Virus record (IMG/VR): IMGVR_UViG_3300035670_000180
Reading direction: 5' to 3' (one strand)
Length of the DNA: 20,000 bases
Source of the DNA: an uncultured virus (IMG/VR IMGVR_UViG_3300035670_000180)
Taxonomy: Duplodnaviria; Heunggongvirae; Uroviricota; Caudoviricetes
Under the pieces are notes generated by a model that made no database searches, had not been told where the DNA came from, and was given only the letters and a program-made list of their open reading frames with translations. Position 1 is the stretch's first letter. The number at the start of each line of letters is the position of its first letter. A program made the position numbers and the translations under genes. Shown piece after piece: positions 16,337 to 20,000 of this stretch.

Positions 16337-17392
16337 ATGACCGTTGGAATGATCAACCGCTATACGAGCTGGGCGCAGGACGGCGTGGTGTCCACGATGG
16401 ACCCCGTCTTCTCGTTCTTCATGCCGCAGTTCTTCTCGACCGTGAAGCAGTTCACGACCGAGTTCATCGAGTACGACATCGTCGAAGGCGGCATTCGCAT
16501 CGCGCCGTTCGCGAGCCCGTTGTCTCTCGGCAAGAGCACGCGCGATACCGGGTACCGCACGTATCAGCTCAAGCCCGCGTACATCAAACTGCTGGACACC
16601 GTCCGTCCGCAGGAGGGCTTCATCCGCAAGCCGGGCGAGCAGTACGGCGGCACCATGACGCCGCTCCAGCGCCTTGCCATGTCGGAGGCGGAGAAGATCG
16701 CGCGTCACCGGCAGATGATCGACGTGCGCATGGAGGCGATGGCGGCCGAGGCTCTGTTTACCGGCGCCCTGACCATCGTCGATGACGACTATCCGCGCGC
16801 GACGGTCGACTTCGAGCGTTCGCCAAACCTCAATGTCACGGCGGCCATGCCCTGGACGAACCCCGCCGCTGACGCGATGGGAGACATCCAGACCATCGCG
16901 GACGTGATGAATACCGAGACGCGCTCGGGCGCCATCGCGGACACGCTGGTGATGCGTTCCGGGACGTTCGATCTCCTCATGAAGAACACGGCAGTCCGTG
17001 ACAGCCTGGATCGCAACGCCAACATCTCCGCGAACCAGAACCAGGGGTTCGAGGCGACGGGCCTGCGGTCGACCGACAAGCGCTCGCAGTATCGCGGCAA
17101 GCTCGGCGGCCAGTACGACCTGTGGACCTATGACGGGTACTACGAGACCGACGTCGGCGGTCAGGCGTTCTTCACGCCCATCGACAAGGTTCTGGTCCTG
17201 TCGCAGCAGTCCATCGAGGGCGTGCGCTACCACGGTGCGATTTTCGATCTCGATGCCGGGATGTCCGCCGTCGAAATCTTCGTGAAGACGCGCGAGCTGT
17301 GGAACCCCTCTGGCCGCGAAGTCCTGACGCAGTCGGCGCCGATGCTCGGCATGCGCCGCCCGAATGCGTCTGCGGTCCTCACTGTACGCTAA
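16337..17392 (+). CDS. Major capsid protein (lambda gpE family)
   Basis: FTTEFIEYD, IAPFASP, KPAYIK, RMEAMAAEAL.TG, WTYDGYY, TQSAP; 351 aa; synteny. Confidence 0.95.
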   Translation: MTVGMINRYTSWAQDGVVSTMDPVFSFFMPQFFSTVKQFTTEFIEYDIVEGGIRIAPFASPLSLGKSTRDTGYRTYQLKPAYIKLLDTVRPQEGFIRKPGEQYGGTMTPLQRLAMSEAEKIARHRQMIDVRMEAMAAEALFTGALTIVDDDYPRATVDFERSPNLNVTAAMPWTNPAADAMGDIQTIADVMNTETRSGAIADTLVMRSGTFDLLMKNTAVRDSLDRNANISANQNQGFEATGLRSTDKRSQYRGKLGGQYDLWTYDGYYETDVGGQAFFTPIDKVLVLSQQSIEGVRYHGAIFDLDAGMSAVEIFVKTRELWNPSGREVLTQSAPMLGMRRPNASAVLTVR

Positions 17393-17404
17393 GGAGCGAG
17401 ATCA

Positions 17405-17731
17405 ATGGCAAGTCCCTACAGCGCCAACATGACGAGCGTCGTGGTGCATCCCCCGTGGGCACCTGGGATGACATATGCGGTCGGCGACTTCGTCGTGGAT
17501 AGCGGGATCGCCTACTCGGTGCTCTCGCCCCACACGGCGGCATTCGGCGGCGTCACGCAGCCATCCACCGACACCGCGAACGTCAACTACAAGCCTCTGG
17601 GGCAGGTGAGCAGCAAGTTCGCCGCCTACGAGACGATGGACCCGTACGTCGCCGAGCGCGTTGCAGGCGCCTCGCTCAAGGTTCACGAGAGCGACAAGGG
17701 CATGCTGCGCCGTGGCCGCATAATCGGCTGA
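17405..17731 (+). CDS. Small protein with a CBM5/12-like carbohydrate-binding motif
   Basis: PWAPGMTYAVGDFVVDSGIAYSVLSPHT matches the W....Y..GD.V...G..Y....HT pattern. Confidence 0.65.
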   Translation: MASPYSANMTSVVVHPPWAPGMTYAVGDFVVDSGIAYSVLSPHTAAFGGVTQPSTDTANVNYKPLGQVSSKFAAYETMDPYVAERVAGASLKVHESDKGMLRRGRIIG

Positions 17732-17780
17732 TCCATTGGCGGCGGGGGAACCTGCCGCCTCAACCATCCAGGGGGATATC

Positions 17781-18143
17781 ATGAGCATGATCGAAGTGCG
17801 GCCCACGAAGCCGTTCGTCGGGAGCTACCGTTGTTCGTTTGCCGAGGCCGATATCATTGACGAGCAGCTGGTCGAGAAGGACGGGCTGATCGTCAAGGAG
17901 AAGGTGCCGCGCAAGCGCTTCGTCGGTCTGATCCCGGTGCAGCGCGCTATGACGCGCGAGGAAAGCAGCGCGTGGGCTGCTGGCAATCTGCCGCCTCATC
18001 TCGAGCCAATCGAGGATGGCCGGTACGTGATCGAGCATCCGAAGCAACGGACCGTCTTCGTGCCTGCCGAGGTCGCATCCAGCCTGATCTCGCGTGGCCT
18101 CGCCGAGAAGGTCGATAAAAAACCGCCCGCCAAGGCTGCATAG
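17781..18143 (+). CDS. Hypothetical phage protein (position of lambda gpFI)
   Basis: ATG 17781 after GGGGGA; C-terminal 'VPAEVASSLISRGLAE' is common in small head-associated proteins; followed by a terminator. Confidence 0.65.
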   Translation: MSMIEVRPTKPFVGSYRCSFAEADIIDEQLVEKDGLIVKEKVPRKRFVGLIPVQRAMTREESSAWAAGNLPPHLEPIEDGRYVIEHPKQRTVFVPAEVASSLISRGLAEKVDKKPPAKAA

Positions 18144-18157
18144 CCTTCGGGACATCC

Positions 18158-18191
18158 AGCCGCTCGGGTCATTCCGGGCGGCTTTTTCTTT
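18158..18191 (+). terminator. Rho-independent terminator ending the capsid unit
   Basis: AGCCGCTCGG-GTCATT-CCGGGCGGCT followed by TTTTCTTT. Confidence 0.8.
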
Positions 18192-18205
18192 CCCCCGAGG
18201 GTTGA

Positions 18206-18529
18206 ATGGGCAAGATACCGACACCGCCGACAATTGACGGCATTTGGGCGCCAAGCGACAGGTCGACGACGGACGCGACGACGAACGAAATCATCGTCGC
18301 GCGAGTCCCATTTCTCGACAATCCAAACGACTCCATCGGCCCGCCGATTCGATCCGTTCGTGATCAGGCTCCGGCCACCCTTCCGTACCCCGAGGCATCA
18401 TGGTGGTCCAAGGCGCGTATTGGATCGCGCGGCTTTGATGCGAACGGGACCATGCAGCCTACCGTCCTGATGGAGGCCGGGTTTGTCATTCTCGACATGA
18501 CCGGCGCCGCGATCCAAGTCAGCCCTTGA
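18206..18529 (+). CDS. Hypothetical phage protein
   Basis: GAGGG RBS; 107 aa; abuts the next gene. Confidence 0.65.
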   Translation: MGKIPTPPTIDGIWAPSDRSTTDATTNEIIVARVPFLDNPNDSIGPPIRSVRDQAPATLPYPEASWWSKARIGSRGFDANGTMQPTVLMEAGFVILDMTGAAIQVSP

Positions 18530-18538
18530 GGTTCTACG

Positions 18539-20000
18539 ATGCCCATTACCGCGCTCCCCGTCCCGACCAAGACCATCCCGCAGGTCGCCACAGAGATCAT
18601 CTCCGCCATTGATGGCGTTCTCGGCACCGCGTGGCATTCGAGCCTGCAATCGGCCAATTTCAACTCCGTTTCCCGCGTGCTGACGCTCAACATGAGCGAT
18701 GGCCGCTTGATTACGGTGGCGATCCCAGGCGCCACAGATACACTCACCACGCTCGCCTACAATTCGGTAACGCGCATCCTCACATACACGGGCGAGAATG
18801 GCCTCGCGACAGCGATTGACCTGTCGAACCTCGCCACCGATGTGTACGTGACGGGCGGCACGTATGATGCCGCCACGATGCGCCTGACCCTCACCGACAA
18901 CAACGGCACGACGCCGAACATCGTCATCGACTTCTCGGGCATGGTCGTCACGCTGCTCGACAACGGCGACGGCACCTATTCGCTCGGCGATGGCCGGGGA
19001 CCGACGTCCATTGGCATCATCAACGTCGGCAACGAGGTTGTTGTCGCGAATGCCGATCTCACCGGCGCCGCACCTGCTGGCGCCGAGCTTGGCGTTAACC
19101 GTGTGTCCGGGCAGACCTTTTTCGCTGATGGTTCGGGCAATTGGCAGCCCGTGCCGGGCTCCGGCGAGTTCGAGGTCGTTCGCGCCGCTGGCGCTCTGAC
19201 GGGCGCTGCGCCTGCTGGTGCGGAGGTCGGCGTCGATACGACAACCGGCCAGATGTACTATGTCGATGGTTCGGGGAACTGGCAGCCGGTCCCGATTGCA
19301 TCGGTCGATCTCAACACGACAGTTTCGTCTCAGGCAGGCTCCATCTATCCCGGCACGCCCATCGCTGCGCCCGCTGGCTCTGCCGCTGGCGACGTGCATG
19401 TGGAGACCTACGATGATTTCATCGCGTGGTACGTGTCGGACGGCGTCGGCGGCTGGACTGTGTCTGCAACGTCCCCTGTCGGCGTTGCGAACGAGTTCGA
19501 GGTTGTGTCCAGCGCTGGCGCTCTGACCGGTGCGGCCCCTGCTGGCGCTGAGCTTGGCGTGGATACCGGGCTCGGCCAGCTCTACTACGTGGACGGGTCC
19601 GGCAATTGGCAGCCCGTCCCGGCCGTAGTCGAATCCGAAGTCGTGAGAGATGCTGTCGACCTTGCGGGCGTAGCCCCTGCTGGCGCCGAGTGGGGCATCA
19701 ACACCACGAGCGGCAAGCAGTTCTTCGTGGACGCAGCCGGAAACTGGATCGCTGCCCCGGCGAGCGAGCTTGAAGTCATCCGCAATGCGGGCGCGCTCTC
19801 TGGCGCTGCACCTGCTGGCGCCGAGGTCGGCGTCGATGGGACAACCGGCAAGCTGTACTACGTGGACGGTTCTGGCAATTGGCAGCCCGTCCAGGCGGCG
19901 GCTGAAGCTGAGGTGGTGAGATCGCCTGCCGATCTCTCCGGCGCGGCTCCATCTGGCGCCGAGTGGGGCATCAACACGACGAGCGGCAAGCAGTTCTTCG
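18539..20000 (+). CDS. Large repeat-rich fibre/adhesin-like protein, partial (>487 aa; not in the ORF track)
   Basis: Hand translation from ATG 18539 (GAGG upstream) gives MPITALPVPTKTIPQVATEII..., open to the window end. Beta-rich N-terminal repeats are followed by 45-46-aa tandem repeats. Confidence 0.9.
   Translation, partial: MPITALPVPTKTIPQVATEIISAIDGVLGTAWHSSLQSANFNSVSRVLTLNMSDGRLITVAIPGATDTLTTLAYNSVTRILTYTGENGLATAIDLSNLATDVYVTGGTYDAATMRLTLTDNNGTTPNIVIDFSGMVVTLLDNGDGTYSLGDGRGPTSIGIINVGNEVVVANADLTGAAPAGAELGVNRVSGQTFFADGSGNWQPVPGSGEFEVVRAAGALTGAAPAGAEVGVDTTTGQMYYVDGSGNWQPVPIASVDLNTTVSSQAGSIYPGTPIAAPAGSAAGDVHVETYDDFIAWYVSDGVGGWTVSATSPVGVANEFEVVSSAGALTGAAPAGAELGVDTGLGQLYYVDGSGNWQPVPAVVESEVVRDAVDLAGVAPAGAEWGINTTSGKQFFVDAAGNWIAAPASELEVIRNAGALSGAAPAGAEVGVDGTTGKLYYVDGSGNWQPVQAAAEAEVVRSPADLSGAAPSGAEWGINTTSGKQFF
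19034..20000 (+). repeat. Coding tandem repeats, 135-138-bp unit
   Basis: Units start at 19034, 19172, 19499, 19637, 19772 and 19910; consensus EVVR..GALTGAAPAGAE.G.DTT.G..YYVDGSGNWQPVP. Confidence 0.9.

Noticed and set aside
14621..17233. 870-aa minus-strand ORF and other long antisense ORFs (4216-5355, 10829-12160, 12979-13956, 18398-19399)
   Set aside because: Shadow frames of well-supported + strand genes in high-GC DNA; no motifs.
19034..20000. Possible CRISPR array or DGR template/variable repeat pair
   Set aside because: Repeats are in-frame, codon-degenerate protein repeats. There are no constant repeats with unique spacers, no adenine-specific variation, and no reverse transcriptase in the window.

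Overview
Nearly all genes lie on the + strand. The window is part of a lambda-like (GpA-type terminase) phage or prophage, probably infecting an alphaproteobacterium (Hyphomicrobiales-type porin and secreted proteins). The left part holds a DUF6456-like putative regulator, ssb, and an operon of small accessory genes ending in a double-HTH protein. The middle holds a non-autonomous IS200/IS605-family element (about 4044-5690) with an omegaRNA and an apparently intact IscB RNA-guided nuclease. Removing the element in silico shows it inserted exactly between the GGAGG ribosome-binding site and the ATG of an unannotated 48-aa phage gene, and its own end supplies a replacement RBS. Next come a gpZ-like gene, a candidate cos site, a ParB-DNA methyltransferase, terS, an inserted porin, terL, gpW, an inserted secreted protein, portal, S49 protease with a nested scaffold start, head decoration protein, major capsid protein and three small genes. 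A large repeat-rich fibre/adhesin-like ORF, missing from the ORF track, runs off the right edge. Family assignments come from motif recognition only; no database search was run.
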